Below, in pieces: positions 1 to 10,752 of a stretch of DNA of 64,000 bases. The stretch lies in NCBI GenBank assembly GCA_039804105.1, contig JBDRZU010000001.1, forward strand, positions 960,001-1,024,000, read 5' to 3'. A program made the translations under genes and the position numbers. The stretch is from a candidate division WOR-3 bacterium (GTDB taxonomy: Bacteria; Hydrothermota; 32-111). Positions within the stretch are counted from its first letter, which is position 1. Every line of letters begins with the position of its first letter. The notes beneath the pieces were generated by a model. It had not been told where the DNA came from and did not search any database. It saw only the letters and a list, made by a program, of their open reading frames with translations.

Positions 1-1083
1 ACCCGTAAGTTTTACTTTATTCCCCACACCAGGTATCATTTTTATAATCTCAGTTAAAGGTCCCATCTTTTTTAACTGTTTGATCTGAATTAAATAATCT
101 TCAAAATCAAATCTTCCTTCTTTCAATTTTTTTTCAATCTCTTTTGCTTCATCTTCCTTTATTAACTTTTCTGTTTTTTCTACAAGTGTTACTATGTCTC
201 CCATCCCAAGTAACCGTGAAACAAATCTTTCTGGATAAAATTTTTCAATGTTATCTATATGTTCACCATTACATATAAATTTTATAGGTTTTTCAACAAT
301 CTTTACAATCGTTAAAGCAGCACCACCTTTTTGATCACCATCCATCTTTGTTAGAATTATACCTGTTATGTTTACAGTTTCATTAAAGATTCTCGCACTA
401 TTGACAGCATCCTGTCCTGTTAAAGAATCCCCTACAAAAAGTTTTTCACATGGTTTGAATCTTTGATCTATCATCCTAAGCTCTTGCATAAGTTCATCAT
501 CTATATGTAACCTTCCCGCTGTATCGAGAATAAGTGTATCAAAACTATTTCTGTGAGAAAATTCCATAGCATCATTTATTCTTTTTATCAAGTCCTTTTC
601 ATTCGTTTCAAAAAAACTTAAAGAGTGTTTTGTTGACAGTTGTTTGAGTTGATCATAAGCCGCGGGCCTTTTAATATCGCATGGAACAAGTAAAGGTTTT
701 CTACCAATTTTTTGAAAAAGTTTTGCCAATTTAGCCGAAGTCGTTGTTTTTCCACTCCCCTGCAGCCCAACAAGAGCAACTACTGCTGGATTACCTTTAA
801 AGTTAATCTCTCTTTCACCAGCAGAAAAGAGTTCAACGAGTTTGTCGTTTACACTTTTTATAATGATATGTTCGGGTTTTAAAGATTTGTATACTTCTTT
901 TCCAACCAAATCTTCTTTCAAAGAATCTATAAACTCATTTACAATTTTATAGCTGACATCCGCTTCAAGAAGTAAAAGTTTTATCTCCCTTAAAGTGACA
1001 TTCAAATCATCTTCTGTAACTTTACCCTTGTTTTTTATTTTGGAAAAAATGTTTGTAAATTTTTCTGTCATTTTTTCAAGCAT
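1..1083 (-). CDS. ffh: Signal recognition particle protein Ffh (3' end runs off the window; absent from the ORF track)
   Basis: Manual translation from ATG at 1083: MLEKMTEKFTNIFSKIKNKGKVTEDDLNVTLREIKLLLLEADV, with GTPase motifs GLQGSGKTT, DTAGRL, TKMDGDQKGG and RLLGMGD. Confidence 0.96.
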   Translation of the reverse strand, partial: MLEKMTEKFTNIFSKIKNKGKVTEDDLNVTLREIKLLLLEADVSYKIVNEFIDSLKEDLVGKEVYKSLKPEHIIIKSVNDKLVELFSAGEREINFKGNPAVVALVGLQGSGKTTTSAKLAKLFQKIGRKPLLVPCDIKRPAAYDQLKQLSTKHSLSFFETNEKDLIKRINDAMEFSHRNSFDTLILDTAGRLHIDDELMQELRMIDQRFKPCEKLFVGDSLTGQDAVNSARIFNETVNITGIILTKMDGDQKGGAALTIVKIVEKPIKFICNGEHIDNIEKFYPERFVSRLLGMGDIVTLVEKTEKLIKEDEAKEIEKKLKEGRFDFEDYLIQIKQLKKMGPLTEIIKMIPGVGNKVKLTG

Positions 1084-2008
1084 CTTTTAAAACTCCTGCG
1101 CTTTTTAAAATCTCTTCAACAAGATCATCATATTTTATTCCATCATATTCAGCTTCCATAGGAAGATCGGAAAGATCCGTCATTCCTGGTATTGAATTCA
1201 CCTCAAGTTCAAAAATGTTCATATTTTGATCTATTATATAGTCAACTCTTGCAAATGATCTCATATTTAAACTTTCAAATATTACTTTTGTGCTTTCCAT
1301 CAAAGATTTTATTACTCTATTATCAACTTCAGGTGGTATCAAAAAATCGGTTTTTCCTTTTGTATATTTTGCTTCATAATCATAAAATTTGTTTTTCGGC
1401 TTCAACTGCAAAGGTGTTAATACTTTTGTTTCCCCTTTATATTCGATAACTCCAACCGTAACTTCGATTCCACCTTCAACATATTCTTCGATCAAAAAAT
1501 CATTAAATTTCAAAAAACTTTCTTTCAGACGATCCTTTGCTTTATAACTCTCTTCTATAAATGTTCCAACTGATGAACCTCCAGTATTGGGCTTTACGAT
1601 GACTTTATTCTTAAAATACTCTTCAACTATATTTTCATTCTTTTCAAAAGTTTTTTTGTTTACATATATTGACTTTAAAACGGGGATATTTAATGATTTT
1701 ACCATTTGTTGGGTAAGGTATTTATTTATCGTTAAAGATGAAGGTATAACTCCAGAACCTGTATAGGGTATTTTAAGATATTCAAGAATACCCTGAACTA
1801 AACCATCCTCACCAGGTCTTCCATGCATAACATTGAATACTTTATTAAAACCTTTTAACTTTTCTGTAAGTTTTTCATCATATTCAACTTTTATAGCATT
1901 ATAACCTTTTCTGATCAATGCATCGAAAACTCTTTGACCTGATCTTTTCGATACTTCACTCTCATTTGATGGGCCACCAAAAAGAACAGCTATCTTTTCA
2001 TCCATCAA
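1076..2008 (-). CDS. ddl: D-alanine--D-alanine ligase
   Basis: GGPSNESEVS, HGRPGEDG, GSSVG, YDYEAKY, EVNSIPGMT. Confidence 0.96.
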   Translation of the reverse strand: MMDEKIAVLFGGPSNESEVSKRSGQRVFDALIRKGYNAIKVEYDEKLTEKLKGFNKVFNVMHGRPGEDGLVQGILEYLKIPYTGSGVIPSSLTINKYLTQQMVKSLNIPVLKSIYVNKKTFEKNENIVEEYFKNKVIVKPNTGGSSVGTFIEESYKAKDRLKESFLKFNDFLIEEYVEGGIEVTVGVIEYKGETKVLTPLQLKPKNKFYDYEAKYTKGKTDFLIPPEVDNRVIKSLMESTKVIFESLNMRSFARVDYIIDQNMNIFELEVNSIPGMTDLSDLPMEAEYDGIKYDDLVEEILKSAGVLKDA

Positions 2009-3023
2009 GAATCTCCTTTAAAATTTTTGTTTTTTCAAAGAATTCAATTTTATAATCTTTTTGATTTTTATCAAGTATTATAAATGTTAGATGTTTTTTC
2101 AAACTCTCATCTTTTAGATCTACTTCTCCAGTTATAATAAAAGTCTTTTTCTTGAATTCTAAAGCTTTTTTTACAATCTCTCCATTTATCTTTCCTTTCA
2201 TTGATTGTTCATCGAATTTTCCCTCATTAAGTATCACAATATCAGATTCTTTCAAAATTTTTTCTATTGATATAAATTTTGATAAAAAATCCCAGCACCC
2301 AACATTTTTTCCACCAACAAATCGTGTAAAAAATCCCAATCCACCTCCACTACCTAAATATTTTTCACCAGAAATATTATACTTTTTTGCAACATAATCA
2401 AAGATCGATTTATAGAATTTTATTTCTTCTTCCTCCACACCTTTCTGCTTTAAATACAAAGATGCACCTGTTTTACCATTGAGCGGAGAAACCACATCAC
2501 AAACCGAAACAAGATTGTTTAAAGTTATGCTATTACTGGTTCTTTTAAAATCTATCAAAATTTCACTATCAGGAAATCTCAAAACTTCATAGCCAAGTAT
2601 CTTAAAAGATCCTGAGCCGATATCAAATGTTGTTGTTCCACCAATACCCAAAAAAATTTTTTTATATTTTTTATAAACTTTTTTTAAAATATATCCTATA
2701 CCGTAACTACTCCTTCTTTCTGGATTTTTGGATATATCCTTTATAGTTTTAAAACCAACAATTTTTGCACTTTCTATAAAGAGATGTCCATTATATTCAA
2801 GTGTTTCAACTTTTATTTTTTTCCCCTCAGGTGAAAATGTTTCAAAAATTTTTATTTTTGAAGAAGGATAAAAAAATTTTATGAAATTTAAAAAACCATC
2901 TCCGCCATCAGATATTGGAAGAATAAAATCTTCATTTGATCGAAAAATCTTTTTATATAATTTGGTAACATCCTCATTTGATAAGGTTCCTTTCAGAGAG
3001 TTGGTAAAAAAAACTTTTTTCAT
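1998..3023 (-). CDS. glxK: Glycerate kinase (GlxK/GarK family)
   Basis: SLKGTLS, PISDGGDG, GIGGTTTFDIG, EGKFDEQSMKGK. Confidence 0.85.
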   Translation of the reverse strand: MKKVFFTNSLKGTLSNEDVTKLYKKIFRSNEDFILPISDGGDGFLNFIKFFYPSSKIKIFETFSPEGKKIKVETLEYNGHLFIESAKIVGFKTIKDISKNPERRSSYGIGYILKKVYKKYKKIFLGIGGTTTFDIGSGSFKILGYEVLRFPDSEILIDFKRTSNSITLNNLVSVCDVVSPLNGKTGASLYLKQKGVEEEEIKFYKSIFDYVAKKYNISGEKYLGSGGGLGFFTRFVGGKNVGCWDFLSKFISIEKILKESDIVILNEGKFDEQSMKGKINGEIVKKALEFKKKTFIITGEVDLKDESLKKHLTFIILDKNQKDYKIEFFEKTKILKEILDG

Positions 3024-4960
3024 TTTATAAGTTTTTTAAGAAATGTAACGTTTCCAAACTGATCATAAATTTTAACCAATATTGAAAGTGTTCCTTTATA
3101 ATCAAAAGGTATATCTATAACAAATCTTTCTTCTCTGTTATCATAGATTTGATCAACAGGTAAGACCTCTTTGAAATCACTTCCATTTATTGAAACTTCC
3201 ACTTTATCTATAAAACTTGCTTCATCATAAGTTGAAAATTTTAATCTATTGTTTTGAAAAATATCATCTTTTACCTGTGGTGGAGTGTTATCGATTAAAA
3301 ATTCGCTTGATACTTTTTGATCTTTTAAAAAATCCGTGTTATCAACTGAGTCCGTTGCAACCACCTTTATTTTATAGTATCCAGTTGAGAAATTATCATA
3401 ATTGAACACAAAATAATTATCCTCTATCTGTAAAACTAAGGGATATTCGTACCTATCATCTTGAAGAAACAAAGAATATGTTAATCTGTCGCCGTCAGGA
3501 TCAAGACCTTCCCATTTGATAAATATCTTTTTCTCAAAAACTTTAAAAATGTTCTGTTCTTTCAAATCCTGATAATTTTTCTTTTTAAAACTTTTATCTA
3601 TCTTTATATTCTGTGAAATCGCATAATCAGGCAAAATTCTTGGAGGAAAAACCTCAATATTTTTAATTTTGGGTACTCTATTTTCACCTTTATAAAAGAT
3701 TTCTATTTTCTTGAAATTATCTTGATCATCGTTCAAAACAACTTTATACTGGAAACATTTTGATTTCGGAAGTTCGATATTGTATCCATTAACTATAGGG
3801 TAAAAACTCGTCCAGGTATTATCAACCTCATAGGAATCTCCAAATCTGAAAAAAACTTTTGTTTTACCTGAGATTTCTGGATAGATGGATGTTATAGATT
3901 TTGGGGAGTTGAAGTCGAAAACTCTAGAAAAAAATTCTCCTTTTCCATCATTTTCTTTAAGTCTTATAAGAGAGGGTTGTCCATCATTTCCAACAAATAC
4001 ATTTTCATCGGTACTGTAAACTGATGTCGGAAATTCAAAATCAAAACTTCCAGCAAAAAAAACAGTTTTAAAATCAAAATAGAAAATACTCGCCGGTTTA
4101 GATAGAAAAACTAAAATACCTTTTTTAAAACCTATAACCTGTGAAATGTGTGAATCGAATGAGTATAAGGTATCTATAATATTTTTATCGATTAAAACTA
4201 TATAGGACTTATATTCCTGAAAAATGGGATCTTCGCTTTTAGAAATTTTAGAGTTAATAAAAATAAAGATTTTTTCATCTTTAAAATAAAAATCTTTTAC
4301 CTCACTATCATTTGAAACAAAAATATAGTCGGTTTTTCCACCTTCATAACTTAAAAGTTTTCCATCACCTTCTGTTGAAAAGAACAAACGGTTTTTATAC
4401 TTTTTCATCTGTAAACAGTTTCTGTCGTTTACCTGAAAAAATTTTTCAAATTTATCCTTTTTGAACTCAAAGACATTTTCTCCTACAAGAGCATATATTC
4501 TTCCATCAATGGATATTATTCTATTGATACTTTTATTTCCATCCTTAAAAAGAGTATCACATTTCTTTTTATTATCAATTCTAACTATTATTCCAGATGG
4601 TTCAATTGATGCTAAAAAATTTTTTTTATCAATAACAAATATGTTTCTTACGATTTCACCTTCTCTAAATTTTACAATTGTATCTTTATTGGTTACATTG
4701 TATATGTAAGAGTTTCCTCCCGTCCCTACAATAAGATCTTGATCAAACTTTGAGATTGAGAAAATCGGATCAAAAATTTTAATATCCAATTTTTCAAGTA
4801 AAAATCCTTTTTTCACAAAATTTTCAGATACCATAACTCCATCGCGAACTTTCAATGATTTCATATTTTCGATCGGAGTATCTATCAATCTTCCTGTTTC
4901 CAGAGCAGTTAGTAGAATAATAAATGTGATCAAAATGTATAGAATAAAAAATTTTTTCAT
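3020..4960 (-). CDS. Secreted protein with N-terminal beta-propeller-like repeats and C-terminal Ig/FN3-like domains
   Basis: Signal peptide; beta-rich repeats; W..DPDGD.L.Y and DNTPP Ig-like motifs; adjacent to the S55 peptidase. Confidence 0.55.
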   Translation of the reverse strand: MKKFFILYILITFIILLTALETGRLIDTPIENMKSLKVRDGVMVSENFVKKGFLLEKLDIKIFDPIFSISKFDQDLIVGTGGNSYIYNVTNKDTIVKFREGEIVRNIFVIDKKNFLASIEPSGIIVRIDNKKKCDTLFKDGNKSINRIISIDGRIYALVGENVFEFKKDKFEKFFQVNDRNCLQMKKYKNRLFFSTEGDGKLLSYEGGKTDYIFVSNDSEVKDFYFKDEKIFIFINSKISKSEDPIFQEYKSYIVLIDKNIIDTLYSFDSHISQVIGFKKGILVFLSKPASIFYFDFKTVFFAGSFDFEFPTSVYSTDENVFVGNDGQPSLIRLKENDGKGEFFSRVFDFNSPKSITSIYPEISGKTKVFFRFGDSYEVDNTWTSFYPIVNGYNIELPKSKCFQYKVVLNDDQDNFKKIEIFYKGENRVPKIKNIEVFPPRILPDYAISQNIKIDKSFKKKNYQDLKEQNIFKVFEKKIFIKWEGLDPDGDRLTYSLFLQDDRYEYPLVLQIEDNYFVFNYDNFSTGYYKIKVVATDSVDNTDFLKDQKVSSEFLIDNTPPQVKDDIFQNNRLKFSTYDEASFIDKVEVSINGSDFKEVLPVDQIYDNREERFVIDIPFDYKGTLSILVKIYDQFGNVTFLKKLIK

Positions 4961-4961
4961 C

Positions 4962-6605
4962 CTACCTCCACAATTTTAAAACTATACTTTTGGTTCCCTT
5001 TATCACAAAATCTGTCGAAAATCTCTTAACAACAAGATTGTTCCCATTAACCATCTTTTTCCCCATCATAAGTTGTTCTTTTACAAAAGATGTCGGATAG
5101 TTAAAAAATTCAAGGTTGTTGTCTATAAAACCTTTTTCAAAAGACACCAATCTTACAATTAAACTGTTTGATGGGTTTATTTGATCTATTATGTTCTCCA
5201 GAGTTTCAATATCTTTAAAATCAAATTTTCCCGAACTTCTCGAACTTTCAAAATATAGATCATCTCCTCCTCCATTGACTGTAACCATTATTGAATCATC
5301 TTTTATATTATCAGGTATTTTAATTTCTAACTCTTTTGTCAACATCTCTTTATCATATCCTTTAAGTTTGATCAAAAGTCGTAAATTTTCTCCATTTCTA
5401 TAATATTTTTTGTCGGTTATAATATCATCTATCATAAATACAAGATTCTGTTCAACAACCTCAGATTCAATTTTGACAGAATCGATTTTGATCGTTCTAT
5501 ATATATTGTTTGTATATGCCGTAAAAAGACCCGAAATATCAAAAAACATCTGCAAAAGTATATTATCACCTGAAAACATATTTTTATACTCAAAACTTTT
5601 TTTGTTTGAACCGAAAACTTCTATTCTGTATTTAACAGAAAGATTACCACCAGATTTAAAATTTTTTGAAATCGTTGAGAGAAAGGTCAACGGAAGATAG
5701 TTCGAAATGATGTCCTTATCGTTCACTATTGAAAAATTGTATAAATTTTCGTTAACCTTCATACCGACCTTTACCATTTCAGATTTTTCCTCTCCAACAG
5801 CATAAACACCAAAAGTCCTATCCTGTTTTGCTTTTCCGACATTGTCTTTCAAAGGAAATCCCATTTTAAAAGAAATATCGTTTTTTGGTAAAATGGTATA
5901 GATGTAAGCTTCCGATACTGGGAAATCAACTTCTCCTTTTAAAGTGAATGGATGACCTAACGAATAAATATTTTTTTGATCAACATAAGTAACGGTTCCT
6001 ATAGCTGACACCTCGAAATCTCCCTCAATAAGTTTTATCGCTATCGCTTTACCTGGAATAAGTTCACTTTTTTTAGTATCTTTTATGTTTATATTGTTTC
6101 CACCAGCAATTATAGAACTTTTCGAAAAAATGTTTTGCTTTTCAGCAAGGTCTAAAACTTCATTTGAAAAACCATAAAAGACTATTGGAACAGATATTTC
6201 TTTAAACTCAAATTTTTTTTTCTTGTTCTGATTTTCATAATTTTTTATTTCTATAATTTTCTTTATCGGTATCACACCACCAACAGGTTCTTTTAAATTA
6301 TCCCATGTATAACTCAAACTTCCAGCAAGTTTTCCTTGAAAATAAACGGGACTACCACTCATACCAGCTGCAACTCCCGTTTTTTCAACATTTTCTCCGG
6401 AACATTTTACGAGTATCATTTCCATGTTCGAATCTTTCATAATATCGATTATTTCAACCTGAAAGGTGTCAATATCTGTTCCATGAAAAACTGTTGCACA
6501 ATAACCCTTCATTCCAATCCTGAGATCATTAAGATCAATAAATTCTTCAGCACAAACAAAAACAAAAAATAATAGAATCAATACAAAAAAATATTTTTTC
6601 ATCAT
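4962..6605 (-). CDS. SpoIVB-like peptidase S55 domain secreted protein
   Basis: GMKGYCATVFHG, catalytic-Ser motif GVAAGMSGSPVY, GTVTY..LGHPF. Confidence 0.85.
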   Translation of the reverse strand: MMKKYFFVLILLFFVFVCAEEFIDLNDLRIGMKGYCATVFHGTDIDTFQVEIIDIMKDSNMEMILVKCSGENVEKTGVAAGMSGSPVYFQGKLAGSLSYTWDNLKEPVGGVIPIKKIIEIKNYENQNKKKKFEFKEISVPIVFYGFSNEVLDLAEKQNIFSKSSIIAGGNNINIKDTKKSELIPGKAIAIKLIEGDFEVSAIGTVTYVDQKNIYSLGHPFTLKGEVDFPVSEAYIYTILPKNDISFKMGFPLKDNVGKAKQDRTFGVYAVGEEKSEMVKVGMKVNENLYNFSIVNDKDIISNYLPLTFLSTISKNFKSGGNLSVKYRIEVFGSNKKSFEYKNMFSGDNILLQMFFDISGLFTAYTNNIYRTIKIDSVKIESEVVEQNLVFMIDDIITDKKYYRNGENLRLLIKLKGYDKEMLTKELEIKIPDNIKDDSIMVTVNGGGDDLYFESSRSSGKFDFKDIETLENIIDQINPSNSLIVRLVSFEKGFIDNNLEFFNYPTSFVKEQLMMGKKMVNGNNLVVKRFSTDFVIKGTKSIVLKLWR

Positions 6606-7906
6606 ACTCCTTTTATATATTTTATGAGTTCTATTTTTTCAATATTTTTATCACTTTCTTCTATCTTAAATGAATTCTTTAAAATCTCAACACTTTCATG
6701 ATAATCATGTTTTCCAACAAAGATTTCAAATATTAGATCACCCTTTGATACTCTTTCCTTTATCTTTTTATAAACTTTCAGTCCAGTTTTATGATCTATA
6801 CTGTCCTCTTTTCTGAATCTTCCCGCTTTAAGATGGATAAGTGCTATTCCTATTTTGTAAGTATCAAAATAAGAGATGTATCCATCTTTATCTGAATATA
6901 TTTTTACAGAATTTTGATAGAAGAGATCTTCGCTTTCTAACTTATCAGTGTTTCCACCTTGAGCGGAAACTATTTTTAAAAAGGTTTCATAAGCGTATCC
7001 TTTTTTTATTACATCCTTTACTTTTTCAATTCTATCTTCACAACTTGTTCCAATACCATTTTTTTCCATTAAAAGAACTGCCATCGCTTTAACAAGTTTA
7101 AAAACATCATTTTCAAGTTCACCTTTAAGAATTTTTAATGATTCATAAATTTCACATCCATTTCCAGCATATTCGCCTAAAACCTGTGACATATCAGTTA
7201 TAAGGTAAACCATTTTTTTATTGAACATTTCTCCAATAGAAAACATATTATCAGCTAGTTTTTTGGCATCATCAAAAGTTTTCATAAAAGCACCATTTCC
7301 ACATTTAATATCAAGTATCAACGAATCAATCCCTTCCGCAAGCTTTTTGCTCATTATTGACGATGTAATAAGAGGTATTGATTCAACTGTTCCTGTTACA
7401 TCTCTCAACGAATAGAGAAGTTTATCTGCTGGAACAAAATTTTCTGTTTGACCTCCAAAACCTCCACCTATCTTTTCTACCATATCATACATTTTTTCTC
7501 TACTCAAAAAAACATTCATTCCCTCTATAGATTCAAGTTTATCGAGTGTTCCTCCTGTATGTCCGAGTCCACGTCCTGAAACCATTGGAACTTTAAACCC
7601 AAGCGAAACAAGGACTGGAAGAAGGGGAATTGAAACTTTATCACCAACCCCACCTGTTGAATGTTTATCAACCTTTAATCCTTCAATATTTGAAAAATCA
7701 TACTTATACCCAGAATCCATCATTATTTCAGTTAAAACTTTTGTTTCAAGATCAGAAAAACCTTTCAAAAAGCCCGCCATCAAAAATGCTGACATCTGAT
7801 AATCAGCAATTTTTCCTTCAATATAACCTTTTATAAGAAAATCTAATTCATCCTTTGTCAATTCATTTCCATCCCTTTTCTTTTTAATAATCTCTACTGG
7901 ATTCAT
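6602..7906 (-). CDS. pdp: Pyrimidine-nucleoside/thymidine phosphorylase
   Basis: DKHSTGGVGDK, SGRGLGHTGGTLDKLES, SIMSKK. Confidence 0.96.
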   Translation of the reverse strand: MNPVEIIKKKRDGNELTKDELDFLIKGYIEGKIADYQMSAFLMAGFLKGFSDLETKVLTEIMMDSGYKYDFSNIEGLKVDKHSTGGVGDKVSIPLLPVLVSLGFKVPMVSGRGLGHTGGTLDKLESIEGMNVFLSREKMYDMVEKIGGGFGGQTENFVPADKLLYSLRDVTGTVESIPLITSSIMSKKLAEGIDSLILDIKCGNGAFMKTFDDAKKLADNMFSIGEMFNKKMVYLITDMSQVLGEYAGNGCEIYESLKILKGELENDVFKLVKAMAVLLMEKNGIGTSCEDRIEKVKDVIKKGYAYETFLKIVSAQGGNTDKLESEDLFYQNSVKIYSDKDGYISYFDTYKIGIALIHLKAGRFRKEDSIDHKTGLKVYKKIKERVSKGDLIFEIFVGKHDYHESVEILKNSFKIEESDKNIEKIELIKYIKGV

Positions 7907-8552
7907 AGATCTCTCCCATTATTTTTACAGAGTTTGAACTTCCTATCCTTGAAGCACCATTATTTATCATTTCAACAGCTGTTTTAAGATCCCTGATTCC
8001 ACCACTTGCTTTTATCTTTATCCTATTATCACCAAGATTTTTAAAAAGTTTTATATCTTCAATTTTTGCTCCAGATGTTGAAAATCCTGTTGAAGTTTTG
8101 ATAAAATCAGCTTTACTTTCGATAAGAATCTCTAAAATCTTTTTCTTTTCTTCTTGATCAAGCAAACATGTTTCAACGATAACTTTCAGTATTCTATCGC
8201 CACATATGTTTTTTATTTTCTTTACCTCATTCAATATATGATCATATTTTTTTGACTTCATATAACCTATATTCATAACCATATCAATCTCATCTGCACC
8301 AAGATCAAAAGATCTTTTAGTTTCATAAAGTTTTGTTTCGATGTCCGTTGCACCAAGTGGAAAACCAACAACAGTACAAACTTTTACATCACTCTCTTTA
8401 AGGATACTCTTTGCATATTCAATATAACTTTGGTTCACACATACTGAGAAAAACTTAAAATTTTTTGCCTCCTCACACAATCGTCTGATATCTTCAAAAG
8501 TTGCCTCAGGTTTCAAAAGTGTATGATCAATGTACCTGTTTAAATCTTTCAT
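7884..8552 (-). CDS. deoC: Deoxyribose-phosphate aldolase
   Basis: IDHTLLKP, VGFPLG, FIKTSTGF, IKASGGIR. Confidence 0.97.
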   Translation of the reverse strand: MKDLNRYIDHTLLKPEATFEDIRRLCEEAKNFKFFSVCVNQSYIEYAKSILKESDVKVCTVVGFPLGATDIETKLYETKRSFDLGADEIDMVMNIGYMKSKKYDHILNEVKKIKNICGDRILKVIVETCLLDQEEKKKILEILIESKADFIKTSTGFSTSGAKIEDIKLFKNLGDNRIKIKASGGIRDLKTAVEMINNGASRIGSSNSVKIMGEIYESSRDY

Positions 8553-9451
8553 CTTTCGACTCCTTCAACCTTCACTATATTACCATTCAAAAAATACCAG
8601 ATATTATAATATCCTGGTTTTTTCAATATCTCAATGATTATCATCCCATCATAATTCTTATTATATTTTAGATTTCCACTTACAAATAAAACAGCATCTT
8701 TGTTTTCATCAACAGGATTAATTAAAACTTTACCATATCTGAACAAACTTTCCTTATCCTCAGGATAGAATCTATTGTTCTCATGAAATTCCTGTAACAT
8801 CTTTTTTGCTTTTTTAGCGTTGAATTTAATCTCCATTTCAATATCTTTTTTAAAATCAAAATCTCTAAATTGAACGAAAAGAGGTGTGTAATAATCTGTG
8901 AATTCACCTTCAAGACCATCCTCTCTACTTTTTAAAATAGCGATGCCAAATCCTTTATCAATAAAATAACAGGAATATAAATCGATCACCTTTCCACGAA
9001 CAACATCCTTTGTTATCTCTTTTTCTTTAAGAACACTTTTAAAATTATATGCTCCGAATTCATTTTTCTCCTTTTGATATTCAACTTTAATGCTGATTGG
9101 AAGATCGTTACTCAAAATAAAACTATCACCTACCATTTCACCTGAAAACCTCAAATAATCTCTTCCATTTTTAAAATTTAAAATTTCACCATATTTATCA
9201 AAAAAGATTTTTTTTATATCTTTTAGGTCTTTATAATCTCCCTCCTGCCTTGAAAATTTCAAAAACAGTGAAATCTTTTTTGTTTCAAGAGAGAAAACCT
9301 TAAGCTCTGTGAAAACATCACCCATTTGGTCGATTATTTCATAATAAAAAGCAAAATGTTTCCCATCGTCAGAAAATCCAATAATCTGCGGTTCTGAACA
9401 TAATATTGATATTGAAAAAACAATCATTAAAACAACAAAAAAAATTTTCAT
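8549..9451 (-). CDS. Secreted hypothetical protein (N-terminus resembles DUF2259)
   Basis: Signal peptide followed by IIGFSDDGKHFAF; overlaps both neighbours by 4 nt. Confidence 0.5.
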   Translation of the reverse strand: MKIFFVVLMIVFSISILCSEPQIIGFSDDGKHFAFYYEIIDQMGDVFTELKVFSLETKKISLFLKFSRQEGDYKDLKDIKKIFFDKYGEILNFKNGRDYLRFSGEMVGDSFILSNDLPISIKVEYQKEKNEFGAYNFKSVLKEKEITKDVVRGKVIDLYSCYFIDKGFGIAILKSREDGLEGEFTDYYTPLFVQFRDFDFKKDIEMEIKFNAKKAKKMLQEFHENNRFYPEDKESLFRYGKVLINPVDENKDAVLFVSGNLKYNKNYDGMIIIEILKKPGYYNIWYFLNGNIVKVEGVER

Positions 9452-10752
9452 TTTATTCTCCTTATTACAATTTTACCTGAAATATTTTTCAATAATACCT
9501 CCTGGGGAGGAAAACCTGAAGAGATCTCAATGTGCGAAGGGTCCACTTCAAACTGTTTGAATGTTGGATCAACAGTATAAATAGTTCCTTTGTAAAAAAC
9601 ATTGTTCCAAGCATGGTACAAAAATTCTCCCTCTGAAAAAACTATTCCAGAAACAACGTTGACCCTAACATTTTTTGAGATCAGTATTGAAGCAAAAAGT
9701 TGAGCATGTTCTGTGCAATCACCATAAGAGTTTTTTAAAATCTGTGATGGAGTTAAAAGTCCAGAAAATATTTTTTTTCTCAACTTTTTGTTTACAAACT
9801 CCATGCTCTTCTTTATGAAAGTAAGGGTATCATGTTTACTTTTGTTAAACAGTTCGTTGGCAACAAGAATGATAGAACTATCTGGTAAAAGGTAAAACGA
9901 GTCATTAACATCTTCAAAACCTCTATTTGATATTGCTCTTCTAAAAACTTCTAATGTATCCTTTCTGTGTATCTGTCTATAATTTGAAAGATTTTTATCT
10001 TTAATTCCATCAACAATATATTTTGCATAATTTTCCTTTCTTATATTTCGAAAGTTACCTTTGGCTTCAATTTTAAAATAGTCCAGAATGTTAAAATCTT
10101 CTTGTGGTTCCTCAACCTTTTTAGCCAATACCATCTCAATTCCCTGATCATTTGATGATTTCACACATTTGTTATCATTATCAAACCAGAGATAAAATGT
10201 TGAACTTTCTGTTTTTAAAAGATATTTTGATGTAATTACTTTCTTTTCGAGTACTTCAAGAGATTCATTTCCTAAAAATTTTATATCAATCTTTTCAAGT
10301 TTCATATTCAATGGATTAAATGTGAAAATATTCTCCTTTAAAATTTTTTTATCAATAGTTTCAATGTTGAATACTATTTTTTTACCTTTTAAATCAATTG
10401 TATCAGTTCTATCTTTTCCTGAAAGATCAGTTTTTATTATCAATTTTTCATTCTCGACAAAACCGTTCATATAAAAGGAAATATCTTTACTATTTATTCC
10501 CGAAAAAAATTTTTTAATATTCCAATCTTTATCAAAAAAGGATACAGAATTTGAAAATATTTCAACATCGTTACCATATACTTTGAACTTCATTTTACTT
10601 TTTTCCTCTAATTTTAATATATTATCAAGAACAGTCTTTTCCTCAATAAAATATCCTATTTTTTTTCCTCCAATAAAAACATCCATAATCCTTTGTTCAG
10701 AAAAAAGTCCAATATAAAAGTTTATCAAAAGTAGGAAAATATATCTTTTCAT
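9448..10752 (-). CDS. Secreted transglutaminase-like domain protein
   Basis: Triad motifs GDCTEHA, YHAW, VDPT. Confidence 0.85.
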   Translation of the reverse strand: MKRYIFLLLINFYIGLFSEQRIMDVFIGGKKIGYFIEEKTVLDNILKLEEKSKMKFKVYGNDVEIFSNSVSFFDKDWNIKKFFSGINSKDISFYMNGFVENEKLIIKTDLSGKDRTDTIDLKGKKIVFNIETIDKKILKENIFTFNPLNMKLEKIDIKFLGNESLEVLEKKVITSKYLLKTESSTFYLWFDNDNKCVKSSNDQGIEMVLAKKVEEPQEDFNILDYFKIEAKGNFRNIRKENYAKYIVDGIKDKNLSNYRQIHRKDTLEVFRRAISNRGFEDVNDSFYLLPDSSIILVANELFNKSKHDTLTFIKKSMEFVNKKLRKKIFSGLLTPSQILKNSYGDCTEHAQLFASILISKNVRVNVVSGIVFSEGEFLYHAWNNVFYKGTIYTVDPTFKQFEVDPSHIEISSGFPPQEVLLKNISGKIVIRRIK